Below the pieces are notes generated by a model. That model was not told the DNA's origin. It saw nothing but the letters and a program-made list of their open reading frames with translations, and searched no databases. The position numbers were made by a program, and so were the translations under genes. 51,316 bases of DNA from an uncultured Clostridia bacterium. Its GTDB lineage: Bacteria > Bacillota > Clostridia > Oscillospirales > CAG-272. The DNA is taken from assembly GCA_944384545.1 (NCBI GenBank), contig CALWTT010000016.1, positions 1 through 51,316 on the forward strand, given 5' to 3'. Below are positions 15,527 to 24,977 of the stretch, piece by piece; position 1 is the first letter of the stretch, and every line of letters starts with the position of its first letter.

Positions 15527-16999
15527 TTGCCTCAGGCAAATCGGGAATTCGGTTTGAATAAAAAAGATGTCACCGAAAAGGCAAGTGCCGTACTCCCGAC
15601 GGCGGCAGAGCTCAGAAAAGCGCTCGCCAAAGCCGGTAAAACCGACGCCATGGCCCGGATTCGCTCCCTCTTTGACGCAAAAACCTTCGTCGAGCTCGGT
15701 GCCTATACCAAGCGCCGGTTCAGCGAAACCAACCCCGGCGTCAAGGAAGATGAATTCGAGGGCGTTATCTGCGGATACGGCGCCGTCAACGGCGAACTCG
15801 TGTTCGCTTTCTCTCAGGACGCCTCGCGCATGAAGGGCGCACTCGATGCTGCACATGCACGTAAGATCTGTGCACTCTACGATATGGCCGTGAAAAACGG
15901 TGCGCCCGTCGTCGGAATCTTTGACAGTGCCGGCGCCGATATCTTTGAAGGAGTCGATGCCCTTGCCGGTTACGGTCTGATCATGCAGGCCGTCTCCAGG
16001 GCCTCCGGCGTTGTCCCTCAGATCGCCCTGATCGCCGGCAACTGCATCGGGTCCTTTGCCGCCATTGCCGCCATGTTCGATATTCTCGTCACTACCGGCA
16101 GCGGCCATCTCTATGTCGGTTCCCCATCCCTCACCGGTGCCGTCAATGCACAGGCAGCCGTCGTTTCCCACGACGCCGCCGATATGCTGGAAGCGGTCGC
16201 CTACGCGCGCCGCGTCCTCTCCATTCTTCCTCAGAACAGCAGCGAGGGCACCCCTGTGGACGAGGCAGCAGACAACCTCAACCGTACCCTCGATGCCATG
16301 GATCTCGATGGTGATGTACATCTCCTCCTTTCTGCCATTGCCGACAAGGGAGAGTATGTGGAGACCGGCGCCGATCCCAAGGCACCCATCCTGACCGCAC
16401 TCACCGTCATCGGTGGCGTGCACTGCGGCATTGTCGCCAGTGCATTTGCCAACAAGGAAGGCCGCATTGACGCAGCAGCTGCGCGCAAGGCCGCACGCTT
16501 TGTCGACTTCTGCGACGCATTCTCCCTGCCGGTCCTCACACTCGTGAACAGCGCAGGCTTTGCACTTTGTGCCGAGAACGAGCAGGCTCCCTTTGCTGCG
16601 GAGCTTGCCAAACTCGCAACGGCCTACACCCGTTCCGAAAATGCCAAGGTCACCGTTATCCTCAATCACGCCATCGGCGGTGCCTATATCCTGCTCGGTT
16701 CCAAGAGCGTCGGTGGTGACGTTGTCTATGCCTTCGAAAACGCCGAGATCGGTGCGCTTTCCTCTGCCTCCTCGGTCGCTTTCGCGCTGAACGACACCAT
16801 CTCCACCTCCACCTCGCGCAAGCAGCTCGAAGAGGATTGGCGTCTTTCCCTCGCCTCTCCTGTCGCGGCAGCCTCTACCGGGCAGATTGACGACATCATC
16901 GGCATCCCCGAGCTCCGCCAGAGAATCTGCTCTGCTATGCTCCTTCTCGCTGCCAAGGGATCTGCCAAGGGACGCCGTCACAGCGTCCTCCCGCTTTGA
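15527..16999 (+). CDS. Acyl-CoA-type carboxyltransferase subunit (MmdA/GcdA/PccB superfamily), divergent
   Basis: In-frame ORF 15443..16999 shows the two-domain carboxyl-transferase pattern (ICGYGAVNGELVFAFSQD..., KICALYDMAVKNGAPVVGIFDSAGADIFEG, ARFVDFCDAFSLPVLTLVNSAGF). The start is uncertain. No plausible ATG exists. TTG 15527 follows GGAAGGAGAG, and TTG 15554 is the alternative. Confidence 0.8.
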   Translation: MPQANREFGLNKKDVTEKASAVLPTAAELRKALAKAGKTDAMARIRSLFDAKTFVELGAYTKRRFSETNPGVKEDEFEGVICGYGAVNGELVFAFSQDASRMKGALDAAHARKICALYDMAVKNGAPVVGIFDSAGADIFEGVDALAGYGLIMQAVSRASGVVPQIALIAGNCIGSFAAIAAMFDILVTTGSGHLYVGSPSLTGAVNAQAAVVSHDAADMLEAVAYARRVLSILPQNSSEGTPVDEAADNLNRTLDAMDLDGDVHLLLSAIADKGEYVETGADPKAPILTALTVIGGVHCGIVASAFANKEGRIDAAAARKAARFVDFCDAFSLPVLTLVNSAGFALCAENEQAPFAAELAKLATAYTRSENAKVTVILNHAIGGAYILLGSKSVGGDVVYAFENAEIGALSSASSVAFALNDTISTSTSRKQLEEDWRLSLASPVAAASTGQIDDIIGIPELRQRICSAMLLLAAKGSAKGRRHSVLPL

Positions 17000-17023
17000 T
17001 GCATTCAGTCAGGAGGCGTTTCT

Positions 17024-17389
17024 ATGATGTTCCGTACTTTGCTTCTCGCACCGGGCGCCGATACCGTCGATCCCGATGCGCTCGCGCGCGTTGTTGATGC
17101 TTTCGGCGTCCTCATTCGCGGCATGTGTACCGTCTTTGCCGTCCTGTGCATTATCTGGCTGGCGCTGGTCATTGTCCGGCTGTTCATGTACGATCTTCCG
17201 CTCCGGAAGAAGAAGACCGCCGATATCGCCGCGCATGCTGATGAAGATACACTCCCGGCCGAACCCCGGCCCGATGCCGACGATTCTGTCCTCATTGCCG
17301 TTCTTGCCGCCGCCGTTGCCGCGGCGCGTTCCGATGAGGGGGAGTCCGGCAGCTTCCGCGTGGTTTCCTTCCACAGAAAAAATAAATAA
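17024..17389 (+). CDS. OadG/MmdD-like small membrane-anchor subunit of Na+-translocating decarboxylase
   Basis: 121 aa with AGGAGG 7 nt upstream. Has a single TM segment (CTVFAVLCIIWLALVIVRLF) followed by a charged/Ala-rich tail. Its position between the carboxyltransferase and the biotin carrier supports the call. Confidence 0.65.
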   Translation: MMFRTLLLAPGADTVDPDALARVVDAFGVLIRGMCTVFAVLCIIWLALVIVRLFMYDLPLRKKKTADIAAHADEDTLPAEPRPDADDSVLIAVLAAAVAAARSDEGESGSFRVVSFHRKNK

Positions 17390-17424
17390 GAAAGGCCGCA
17401 GTTTTTGCGGAGAATGCGTGTAGT

Positions 17425-17820
17425 ATGAAAAAGTACCAGATTACCGTAAACGGCACCTCGTATGAGGTCCTTGTTGAAGAGCTTGACAATGCTGCCACTC
17501 CTGCCCCTGCTCCCGCCGTGTCCGCGCCCACCCCTGCTCCTGCTCCCGCGGCACAGCCCGCCGCTCCCGCTCCCAAAGCGCAGCCTGCCGCTTCCGGTGC
17601 TGCCGGCGCCGTCAAAATCAATTCCCCCATGCCCGGTACCATCCTCTCCATCAATCTCACCGTCGGTCAGTCGGTCAAAAAGGGAGATACGCTCTGCATC
17701 CTGGAAGCTATGAAGATGGAAAACGCCATTCCCGCTCCTCAGGATGGCGTGGTGGCCTCGGTCAATGTCACCAAAGGTGCCTCGGTCAACGCCGGCGACC
17801 TTCTCGTCTCTCTCAACTGA
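17425..17820 (+). CDS. Biotin carboxyl carrier protein (biotinyl domain, MmdC/GcdC-like)
   Basis: 131 aa. An Ala/Pro-rich linker is followed by a biotinyl domain carrying the attachment motif LEAMKMEN. Confidence 0.9.
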   Translation: MKKYQITVNGTSYEVLVEELDNAATPAPAPAVSAPTPAPAPAAQPAAPAPKAQPAASGAAGAVKINSPMPGTILSINLTVGQSVKKGDTLCILEAMKMENAIPAPQDGVVASVNVTKGASVNAGDLLVSLN

Positions 17821-17849
17821 TGCAATCCGAGCGAAAGTTGGTATAACTC

Positions 17850-19061
17850 ATGGATGCTATTATTTCCGCTGTTACCTCTTTTTACGAGGGAACGGGGATT
17901 TCCGAACTGGTCGCCAATCCGGAACTGCTCATCAAGACGCTCATCATGTATGTGATCATCGGGGTTCTCTTCTATTTCGGACTGGTCAGAAAATTTGAGC
18001 CTCTGCTGCTCGTTCCGATTGCCGTCGGTATGCTGCTGGCCAATGTCACCTTCACCCCCGAAACGGCACTCTTTCACAATGACCTTTTCGTCTCCTCCGA
18101 TCCCAATTTTCAATTTGACATTCTCAAAGTCTTTCAGGAGGGAAATCTGATTGACTTCCTTTACCTCGGCGTGAAACTCGGCATCTACCCCTCCCTGATC
18201 TTCCTCGGTGTAGGTGCGATGACCGACTTCACCCCCCTGATTGCCAATCCGAAAAGCCTTCTGCTCGGTGCCGCTGCACAGCTGGGCGTCTTCGTTGCCT
18301 TCTTCGGCGCCATGGCTTCCGGCGTCTTCACACCCGCAGAAAGCGCTTCCATCGGTATCATTGGCGGCGCCGATGGTCCTACCGCCATTCTTGTGACCAA
18401 ATATCTCGCACCGCAGCTCCTTGCGGCGATTGCCATTGCTGCATACAGCTACATGGCGCTCATTCCCCTGATCCAGCCCCCCTTCATGAAGCTGGTCGTC
18501 TCCAAATCCGAACGCTCCATTGTTATGACCAATCTCCGACCGGTTTCCCGTGCAGAGAAGCTGCTCTTCCCCATTATCGTCACCGCCGTCGTTACGCTGC
18601 TGGTGCCTGACGCCGCTTCGCTCGTAGGTTTCCTTATGTTCGGAAACCTGCTCAATGTCTCCGGCGTTACCGACCGCCTTTCCAAGACCGCGCAGAATGA
18701 GTTGATCAATATCATCACCATTATGCTCGGCGTTTCGGTGGGCGCCACCGCCAACGCAATGAACTTCCTCGATCCTAAAACCCTGCTTATTATCGTGTTC
18801 GGCCTGGTCGCCTTCATAGTCTCCACTCTGGGCGGACTGCTGTTCGGAAAACTCATGTGCTTCCTGACGCACGGCAAGATCAATCCTCTGATCGGCTCTG
18901 CCGGTGTGTCTGCCGTGCCTATGGCGGCGCGCGTTTCGCAGGATGTTGGACGTGAGGCCAATCCTGCCAACTTCCTCCTCATGCATGCCATGGGGCCCAA
19001 TGTTGCCGGCGTCATCGGTTCTGCTGTCGCCGCCGGTGTCTTCCTCCAGCTCTTTATGTAA
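17850..19061 (+). CDS. Na+-translocating decarboxylase beta subunit (OadB/MmdB/GcdB family)
   Basis: 403 aa polytopic membrane protein with family-typical stretches (GVKLGIYPSLIFLGVGAMTDFTPLIANP, IGIIGGADGPTAI, SAGVSAVPMAARV). Confidence 0.9.
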   Translation: MDAIISAVTSFYEGTGISELVANPELLIKTLIMYVIIGVLFYFGLVRKFEPLLLVPIAVGMLLANVTFTPETALFHNDLFVSSDPNFQFDILKVFQEGNLIDFLYLGVKLGIYPSLIFLGVGAMTDFTPLIANPKSLLLGAAAQLGVFVAFFGAMASGVFTPAESASIGIIGGADGPTAILVTKYLAPQLLAAIAIAAYSYMALIPLIQPPFMKLVVSKSERSIVMTNLRPVSRAEKLLFPIIVTAVVTLLVPDAASLVGFLMFGNLLNVSGVTDRLSKTAQNELINIITIMLGVSVGATANAMNFLDPKTLLIIVFGLVAFIVSTLGGLLFGKLMCFLTHGKINPLIGSAGVSAVPMAARVSQDVGREANPANFLLMHAMGPNVAGVIGSAVAAGVFLQLFM

Positions 19062-19109
19062 CCATTTCATGAAAGGAATGCGACCATTTCGGTCGGTGTA
19101 TCAATTGCT

Positions 19110-20507
19110 ATGGCAAAAGTCAAAATTACCGAAACCGTGCTGCGCGATTCGCATCAGTCTCTCGCTGCAACCAGAATGACCACCGAGGAAATGCTCCCTG
19201 CACTCGAATTGCTCGATCAGGTTGGCTATCATTCCCTGGAGGCCTGGGGCGGCGCCACCTTTGACGCATGCCTCCGCTTTCTCAACGAGGATCCCTGGCA
19301 GAGACTCCGCATCATACGCGAGCATGTCAAAAACACCAAGCTGCAGATGCTCTTCCGCGGTCAGAATATTCTCGGTTATCGGCATTATGCTGACGATGTA
19401 GTGGAGTACTTCGTTCAGAGGTCTATTGCAAACGGCATCGATATCATCCGCATCTTCGATGCGCTCAACGATGCGCGCAATCTCCAGACCGCCATCCGTG
19501 CCACAAAACGCGAGGGCGGTCATGTCCAGGCTGCTTTCAGCTATACGACCAGCCCCTTCCATACCAATGAGGCCTTCGCCGCCTATGCCAAAGAGCTCGA
19601 AAATATGGGGGCCGATTCGATCTGCGTCAAGGATATGTCCGGGCTCCTTAAGCCCTACGATGCCTATCAGCTGATCAAAACACTGAAAAGCACCGTATCC
19701 ATTCCGATTCAGCTGCACACCCACTATACCGCCGGGCTTGCTTCCATGACCATCCTGAAGGCCATTGAAGCAGGGGTGGATGCCGTAGATACGGCGATCT
19801 CCCCCTTCGCTATGGGTACCTCGCAGGCACCCACCGAGTCGGTCGTTGCCACGCTGCAGAATACACCTTACGACACCGGCCTCGACCTGAACAAGCTGGA
19901 CGCGGTGGCACGCTATTTCGCACCGCTGCGTGACAAATATCTCCAAAACGGGCTGATTGATCCCAAGGTTCTTAAGGTCGATGTCAATGCGCTCCTGTAT
20001 CAGGTGCCCGGCGGCATGCTCTCCAATCTGGTCTCACAGCTCAAGCAGGCCGGCAAGTCCGAGCTCCTGCCCGAGGTGCTCGCCGAGGTTCCGCGCGTCC
20101 GCGAAGATGCCGGTTATCCTCCTCTGGTTACTCCTACCTCCCAGATCGTCGGTACCCAGGCGGTCTACAATGTGCTGACCGGAAAGCGGTATGAAATGGT
20201 CACCAAGGAATTCAAGGGTATGGTGCGCGGTGAATACGGAAAGACGCCCGCCCCTATTTCTGAGGAGTTCCGCCGTCAGATCCTCGGCGACGATGCCAAA
20301 ATCATCGACTACAGACCGGCCGATGATCTCAAACCGGAACTTCCGGTTCTGCGCGAACGCGTGGCGCCATACGCCGAACAGGAAGAAGATCTGCTTTCCC
20401 TCGCACTTTTTGAACAGGTTGCCATTAAGTTCTTCGAACGCAGAAAGGCCCAGAAATATAAAATTGATGAGCAGAGCGACGCTGCAACTGGCGTCCATGC
20501 GGTCTGA
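19110..20507 (+). CDS. Oxaloacetate decarboxylase alpha / pyruvate carboxylase subunit B / transcarboxylase 5S-type carboxyltransferase, without biotinyl domain
   Basis: 465 aa beginning MAKVKITETVLRDSHQSLAATRMTTEEM...LEAWGGATFDACLRFLNEDPWQRL (HMGL-like TIM barrel). It ends at ...DAATGVHAV with no AMKM biotin motif. Confidence 0.9.
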   Translation: MAKVKITETVLRDSHQSLAATRMTTEEMLPALELLDQVGYHSLEAWGGATFDACLRFLNEDPWQRLRIIREHVKNTKLQMLFRGQNILGYRHYADDVVEYFVQRSIANGIDIIRIFDALNDARNLQTAIRATKREGGHVQAAFSYTTSPFHTNEAFAAYAKELENMGADSICVKDMSGLLKPYDAYQLIKTLKSTVSIPIQLHTHYTAGLASMTILKAIEAGVDAVDTAISPFAMGTSQAPTESVVATLQNTPYDTGLDLNKLDAVARYFAPLRDKYLQNGLIDPKVLKVDVNALLYQVPGGMLSNLVSQLKQAGKSELLPEVLAEVPRVREDAGYPPLVTPTSQIVGTQAVYNVLTGKRYEMVTKEFKGMVRGEYGKTPAPISEEFRRQILGDDAKIIDYRPADDLKPELPVLRERVAPYAEQEEDLLSLALFEQVAIKFFERRKAQKYKIDEQSDAATGVHAV

Positions 20508-20530
20508 AAATTCCGACCGGACACGAAAAA

Positions 20531-20557
20531 GCCAGGCCCCACAGGGCCTGGCTTTTT
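20531..20557 (+). terminator. Intrinsic terminator closing the decarboxylase operon
   Basis: GCCAGGCCC (20531..20539), CACA loop, GGGCCTGGC (20544..20552), TTTTT (20553..20557). An A-run precedes it. Confidence 0.85.
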
Positions 20558-20565
20558 CTATGATC

Positions 20566-20670
20566 CGGCGGCGGATGAAATGAGAAAAAGGCAGCTGAAT
20601 ATGCAGAGGAAAGGTATGGCTCACGCCTTTTTGAAAAAGGCGTGGCGAAAACTTTTCTTCTCCGCCGCCG
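20566..20670. other. Nested GC-rich secondary-structure element in the oadA-like/ftsH intergenic region
   Basis: CGGCGGCGGA (20566..20575) is perfectly complementary to TCCGCCGCCG (20661..20670). The pair encloses the palindrome CACGCCTTTTTGAAAAAGGCGTG (20622..20644). Confidence 0.4.
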
Positions 20671-20674
20671 CGGG

Positions 20675-20712
20675 GAAAAATACAGAGGCGCTTACCATGT
20701 AAGTGCCTCTGT
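20675..20712 (-). terminator. ftsH intrinsic terminator
   Basis: On the minus strand ACAGAGGCACTTAC-ATGG-TAAGCGCCTCTGT (13 of 14 bp) is followed by ATTTTTCC. It begins 22 nt after the ftsH stop. Confidence 0.7.
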
Positions 20713-20734
20713 TTGTTTTCGTTGATGCGCCTGG

Positions 20735-22909
20735 TCAGAGCTTCCAGAAATCGTCTTGACTCTTGGTATTGTCTGCAGGATCCTGGTCGGGCTTTGCGCG
20801 GTCTGCAGCATCTTCCCCTGACGACGTTTCTTCGGACTTCGGAGCGCTGTCCTGCTCTTCTCCGTCTTTAGGATCCGCACCGGATTTTGACGTGGGCTGC
20901 CCGGACTCCGGCGGAAGGGAGATGCCCAGGTTGGCAAACATTTCCCGCTCTGCGTTCGTACGCGCCGGCTCTGCTTCTGCCGCACGCGCCGCTGCCGCAC
21001 GGTTTGCTTCCTCGCTCTTCCGCTTCTTTTCCTCCTCCATATTCTCGAGATCTTCCATCGTCACATTTCCCGTCATGGCGGCGGCAAACAGATCCCCGTC
21101 CATCAGCTCATGCTTCAGAAGATACTCTGCTATGAAGTGCAGGCGATCCAGATGCTCACGCAGATATTCCTCGCATCGGTGATAACAGTCCTCTACAATC
21201 CGGCGGATCTCTTCATCGATCGCCGCTGCCGTCTGCTCCGAATAGGGGCGAGAGGTCGAAAAATCGCGGCCTAGGAATATGGCGTCCTCCCCATGCTCGG
21301 TTCCGTACAGTATCGTCCCGAGGCGCTCGCTCATGCCGTAACGCGTCACCATAGCGTTGGCAAGTTTGGTTGCCTGTTGAATGTCGTTGGATGCGCCCGT
21401 AGAGATATCATCCATGACCAGCTGCTCCGCCACACGACCGCCCATGCAGACGACAATGCGGTCCAGCATCTCCCCACGGGAACTGCCAAGGCGGTCCTCC
21501 TCCGGGACCTGGATCGTCACGCCACCCGTATATCCCGCCGGAAGAATCGAGATCTGCTTGACAGGGTCGGCGTGCGGCGCATAGTAGGCCGCCAGCGCAT
21601 GACCTGCCTCGTGATAGGCAACCAGGCGGTTGTCGTGTTCATTCCGCATCGCGTTCTTCTTTCGCGGACCGAGAAGGATCTTCATATAGGCATCTTCGAT
21701 ATCGTTCATCCCGATCAGATCCTTCTTCCGGCGCGCCGCCAGCAAGGCCGCTTCATTCAGAAGATTGGCAAGATCCGCGCCCGTGAATCCGATCGTCAGC
21801 TGCGCCACGCGCTTGAAACTGACCGTATCCTCAAACGGCTTCCCTCTGGCATGCACCTTCAGGATGTCCTCACGCCCCTTGATGTCCGGATAACCTACCG
21901 TGATCTGACGGTCAAAGCGGCCCGGACGCAGCAACGCCGGGTCCAGAACATCCGGACGGTTGGTCGCCGCGATTACGATCAGACCTTGATGCGTACCGAA
22001 ACCGTCCATCTCTACCAGAAGCTGGTTCAGTGTCTGCTCCCGCTCATCGTTGCCTCCGCCAAGACCGGCTCCTCTGTGACGGCCTACTGCGTCGATTTCA
22101 TCAATGAATACAATACTTGCCGGCGATTTCCGCGCCGTATCGAACAGGTCCCGCACGCGCGAGGCGCCGACACCTACATACATCTCCACAAAATCTGAGC
22201 CCGAGATCGAATAGAACGGAACATTGGCTTCACCGGCCACCGCTTTTGCCAGCAGCGTTTTTCCGGTTCCGGGAGGGCCCACCAGCAATACACCCCGCGG
22301 AATACGGGCACCCAGCTTCGTGAAATGCTGCGGATCCCGCAAAAACTCCACAACCTCCTGCAATTCTTCCTTTTCCTCGTCCGCGCCCGCCACGTCCGAA
22401 AAATGCACCGTGTTGTTCGGGTCTCCTCCACCTATACGCGGCTTTGCACGGGCAAAGGAGCCCATCCGACCGCCCATTCCGCCTTCTGCCGAAAAACGCC
22501 GGTACATCACCACCAGAAGGATAATGCCGATCAGCAGGATCAGATACGGCAGATAGGTCAGCAACCACGGCGTCTCGCCCGGCGCTTCAAAGTCGTAGCT
22601 CTTCAGGTTGCTCGTCGGATCGTTCTCGCTCCGCTCCGCCACCTGTTGCAGATAATCGTACTGCCCGGTAATACTCAGCTGATAACGGTACCGGACTTCC
22701 TTTCCGTTTGCATCCAACACCGTAAATTCCAGAAGACTGGACGGAGATACCGTAAACGACGTCACTTCGTTATTTTCAAATTTTTCCATAACGTCGCTCC
22801 ACTGGACCGGCTCGCTCCGGTTCGCCGACGATGACCAGAACGACGCCACCATGACAAACACCAGGATCAGCGCTATGAAAAACAGGACACTCTTAAAATT
22901 TACTTTCAT
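20735..22909 (-). CDS. ftsH: ATP-dependent zinc metalloprotease FtsH
   Basis: Has an N-terminal TM segment, Walker [14 protein letters not shown], the SRH region and zinc motif HEAGHAL, plus a roughly 100-aa acidic/Ala-rich C-terminal tail. The start is taken at ATG 22909 (MKVNFKS). The ORF track extends to a TTG at 22924. Confidence 0.95.
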   Translation of the reverse strand: MKVNFKSVLFFIALILVFVMVASFWSSSANRSEPVQWSDVMEKFENNEVTSFTVSPSSLLEFTVLDANGKEVRYRYQLSITGQYDYLQQVAERSENDPTSNLKSYDFEAPGETPWLLTYLPYLILLIGIILLVVMYRRFSAEGGMGGRMGSFARAKPRIGGGDPNNTVHFSDVAGADEEKEELQEVVEFLRDPQHFTKLGARIPRGVLLVGPPGTGKTLLAKAVAGEANVPFYSISGSDFVEMYVGVGASRVRDLFDTARKSPASIVFIDEIDAVGRHRGAGLGGGNDEREQTLNQLLVEMDGFGTHQGLIVIAATNRPDVLDPALLRPGRFDRQITVGYPDIKGREDILKVHARGKPFEDTVSFKRVAQLTIGFTGADLANLLNEAALLAARRKKDLIGMNDIEDAYMKILLGPRKKNAMRNEHDNRLVAYHEAGHALAAYYAPHADPVKQISILPAGYTGGVTIQVPEEDRLGSSRGEMLDRIVVCMGGRVAEQLVMDDISTGASNDIQQATKLANAMVTRYGMSERLGTILYGTEHGEDAIFLGRDFSTSRPYSEQTAAAIDEEIRRIVEDCYHRCEEYLREHLDRLHFIAEYLLKHELMDGDLFAAAMTGNVTMEDLENMEEEKKRKSEEANRAAAARAAEAEPARTNAEREMFANLGISLPPESGQPTSKSGADPKDGEEQDSAPKSEETSSGEDAADRAKPDQDPADNTKSQDDFWKL

Positions 22910-22951
22910 GCGGTAGATAACCAAACCTTTCCGTGCCTCGGCCCGACAGCG

Positions 22952-23500
22952 TCAGTTCTTACTCTGATCAACCGCCGCCACATAGGGGAGGTTACGATAC
23001 TTTTCATCATAATCCAGGCCGTAGCCAAGGACAAATTCATCGGGAATCACTGTCCCGACATAATCGGGAATATACGGAACCTCGCGCCGGCTCGGTTTGT
23101 CCAGCAACACACAGGACCGCACGCTTTTTGCTCCTTTATCCAGAAGATACCGGGTCAGAAATGTCAATGTATGCCCGCTGTCTACGATGTCTTCCACAAT
23201 CAGGATGTCGTATTGGCGGATGTCCTCCCGGAACAGATCCAGGATCACCTGTACCTCGCCTGTCGAGCTCCGGACACCGCGACCGTAGGAGGATACCTTC
23301 ATGAAGTCAATTTCACACACGGTCTTCATCTTCTTCATCAGGTCGCTCATAAACAGAATCGAGCCTTTCAGGATCCCCAGAAGAATCATACGCGGATGAT
23401 CGGCATAGTCCCGATCGATTTCCGCCGCCAGTCGGCTTGTGATCGCAGACAACTCTTCGGCGCTGACCAGGATATGGAGACGGTCTGTCATCGGTGTCAT
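22952..23500 (-). CDS. hpt: Hypoxanthine phosphoribosyltransferase
   Basis: 182 aa with the PRPP-binding motif ILIVEDIVDSGHTL. Sits in the conserved tilS-hpt-ftsH context. Confidence 0.95.
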   Translation of the reverse strand: MTPMTDRLHILVSAEELSAITSRLAAEIDRDYADHPRMILLGILKGSILFMSDLMKKMKTVCEIDFMKVSSYGRGVRSSTGEVQVILDLFREDIRQYDILIVEDIVDSGHTLTFLTRYLLDKGAKSVRSCVLLDKPSRREVPYIPDYVGTVIPDEFVLGYGLDYDEKYRNLPYVAAVDQSKN

Positions 23501-23504
23501 ACTG

Positions 23505-24977
23505 TCATTCCCCTTCCCGCATCACATAGTATATATACAATTGTCTTTGGCTTGTGGAAGGCGTGGCGCCGTCCCGCACGCCAAAACCCGGTACACACAG
23601 GATTCCCGTTTCGTCGCAGATCACCGGAAGAACTGCACGCACGCCGTGCGGGGTATGGGCATCCGTCATCATACGGCGCACACGACGGGTCATTCCACCG
23701 CGGCGGTAAGCGTCTCCTGCACGGCGACTGCGTGCAATCAACCTACCCTTAATTTTAGCAGAATCCGCTCTTTCTTGTATAGATAAATTGTAAATATTTG
23801 AAGTGCACGCCTCAAATTCCGGAAGCGCATGCTCCGACAGGATCACGCTTCCCCGCCCCGGTCCCAGCCGATTGCTGCCGGGGTGCAATTCGATCGTATA
23901 CTCCGACGGGTTCTCCGGCCTTTCCGCATAGAATCCGATGCAATCGTTCCGCAGGCAGGCGATATACCCGCCCGGGAAACAGAACTCCCCGGGGCGCCGG
24001 CCGGGCAATGCACGCAGAAGTGCGTCATAGTGCACCGTCTCCGGCATGATCTGCCCGCCTGCATTCCGGTAGAGTTTTTCCAGTACACGGCGCGCAACCG
24101 CCTCCGGCAACGCCGCCAGCGCCGACCGCGCAAGCGTACCCGTTCCAGCACCCGGAACCGGATCCGCCCGGAAATGTGTTTTGAAAAACACAGACGCCTG
24201 CTCTTCCGCAGCCGACTCCTCCGCGCGCAGGTGCAAGGCCAGTCGCGTAGCCGCCGCCTCCGGATTCTGCTGCAACCGATCAAGCCGGGGCAGAATTTCC
24301 GAGCGCAGATAGTTCCGTGCTGCCGCCTCCGGATCCAGATTGCTTGAATCCGTCACATACGAAAGGCCCGCCTCTCTCAGCGCGGCAAGAATTTCCCGTC
24401 TCGCCAGACGAAGAAGCGGACGCACATACCCCTCCCGCACCGGTGGGATGCCGCACATTCCACGCAGCCCGCTGCCGCGCAAAAGGCGGAACAGCAATGT
24501 TTCAAGATTGTCGGTCGCATTATGGCCAGTCGCAACACACGCATAGCCCGATTGTGGCAAAAGCAGTTCGGAAAAGCAGGTGTAGCGCAGTCGACGCGCC
24601 GCCTCCTCCATGCTCAGACCATGTCCTGCTTCACTTCCGCGATACGCGGGTACATCCACATGGAAAACCTGCAACGGAATCTCCCATTCCGCGCATAAAC
24701 GTCGGCAGAACTCCTCATCCCGGTCGGCCTCCACGCCCCGCAGTCCGTGATGCACGTGTACGGCTCCCAACCGGATTTTCTGCATCGTCGCATACCATTT
24801 CAGAAAAGAAAGCAGAAGCACCGAATCCGGCCCCCCCGACAGCGCCACCGCCACTCCACCGGCAAACAGCGGCGCCATATGCTCCTCCTCCACCGTCCTC
24901 CGGAACACGCGCAGCGCATGCGCGTAATCTGATCTGTCCCTGGGATCTTCTCTCGCCACTTTGCTCCCGTCCGTCAT
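23505..24977 (-). CDS. tilS: tRNA(Ile)-lysidine synthetase
   Basis: Has the PP-loop VALSGGPDSVLLL and a TilS C-terminal domain. The start is taken at Met19 (MTDGSK), whose ATG overlaps the dnaB stop as ATGA (24974..24977). Confidence 0.9.
   Translation of the reverse strand: MTDGSKVAREDPRDRSDYAHALRVFRRTVEEEHMAPLFAGGVAVALSGGPDSVLLLSFLKWYATMQKIRLGAVHVHHGLRGVEADRDEEFCRRLCAEWEIPLQVFHVDVPAYRGSEAGHGLSMEEAARRLRYTCFSELLLPQSGYACVATGHNATDNLETLLFRLLRGSGLRGMCGIPPVREGYVRPLLRLARREILAALREAGLSYVTDSSNLDPEAAARNYLRSEILPRLDRLQQNPEAAATRLALHLRAEESAAEEQASVFFKTHFRADPVPGAGTGTLARSALAALPEAVARRVLEKLYRNAGGQIMPETVHYDALLRALPGRRPGEFCFPGGYIACLRNDCIGFYAERPENPSEYTIELHPGSNRLGPGRGSVILSEHALPEFEACTSNIYNLSIQERADSAKIKGRLIARSRRAGDAYRRGGMTRRVRRMMTDAHTPHGVRAVLPVICDETGILCVPGFGVRDGATPSTSQRQLYIYYVMREGE

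Noticed and set aside
15509-19070. Long minus-strand ORFs at 15509..16981 (490 aa) and 17739..19070 (443 aa), opposite the carboxyltransferase and beta-subunit genes.
   Set aside because: These are antisense shadows of genes with clear family signatures on the plus strand. The products are Gly/Asp/Glu/Arg-rich with no motifs.
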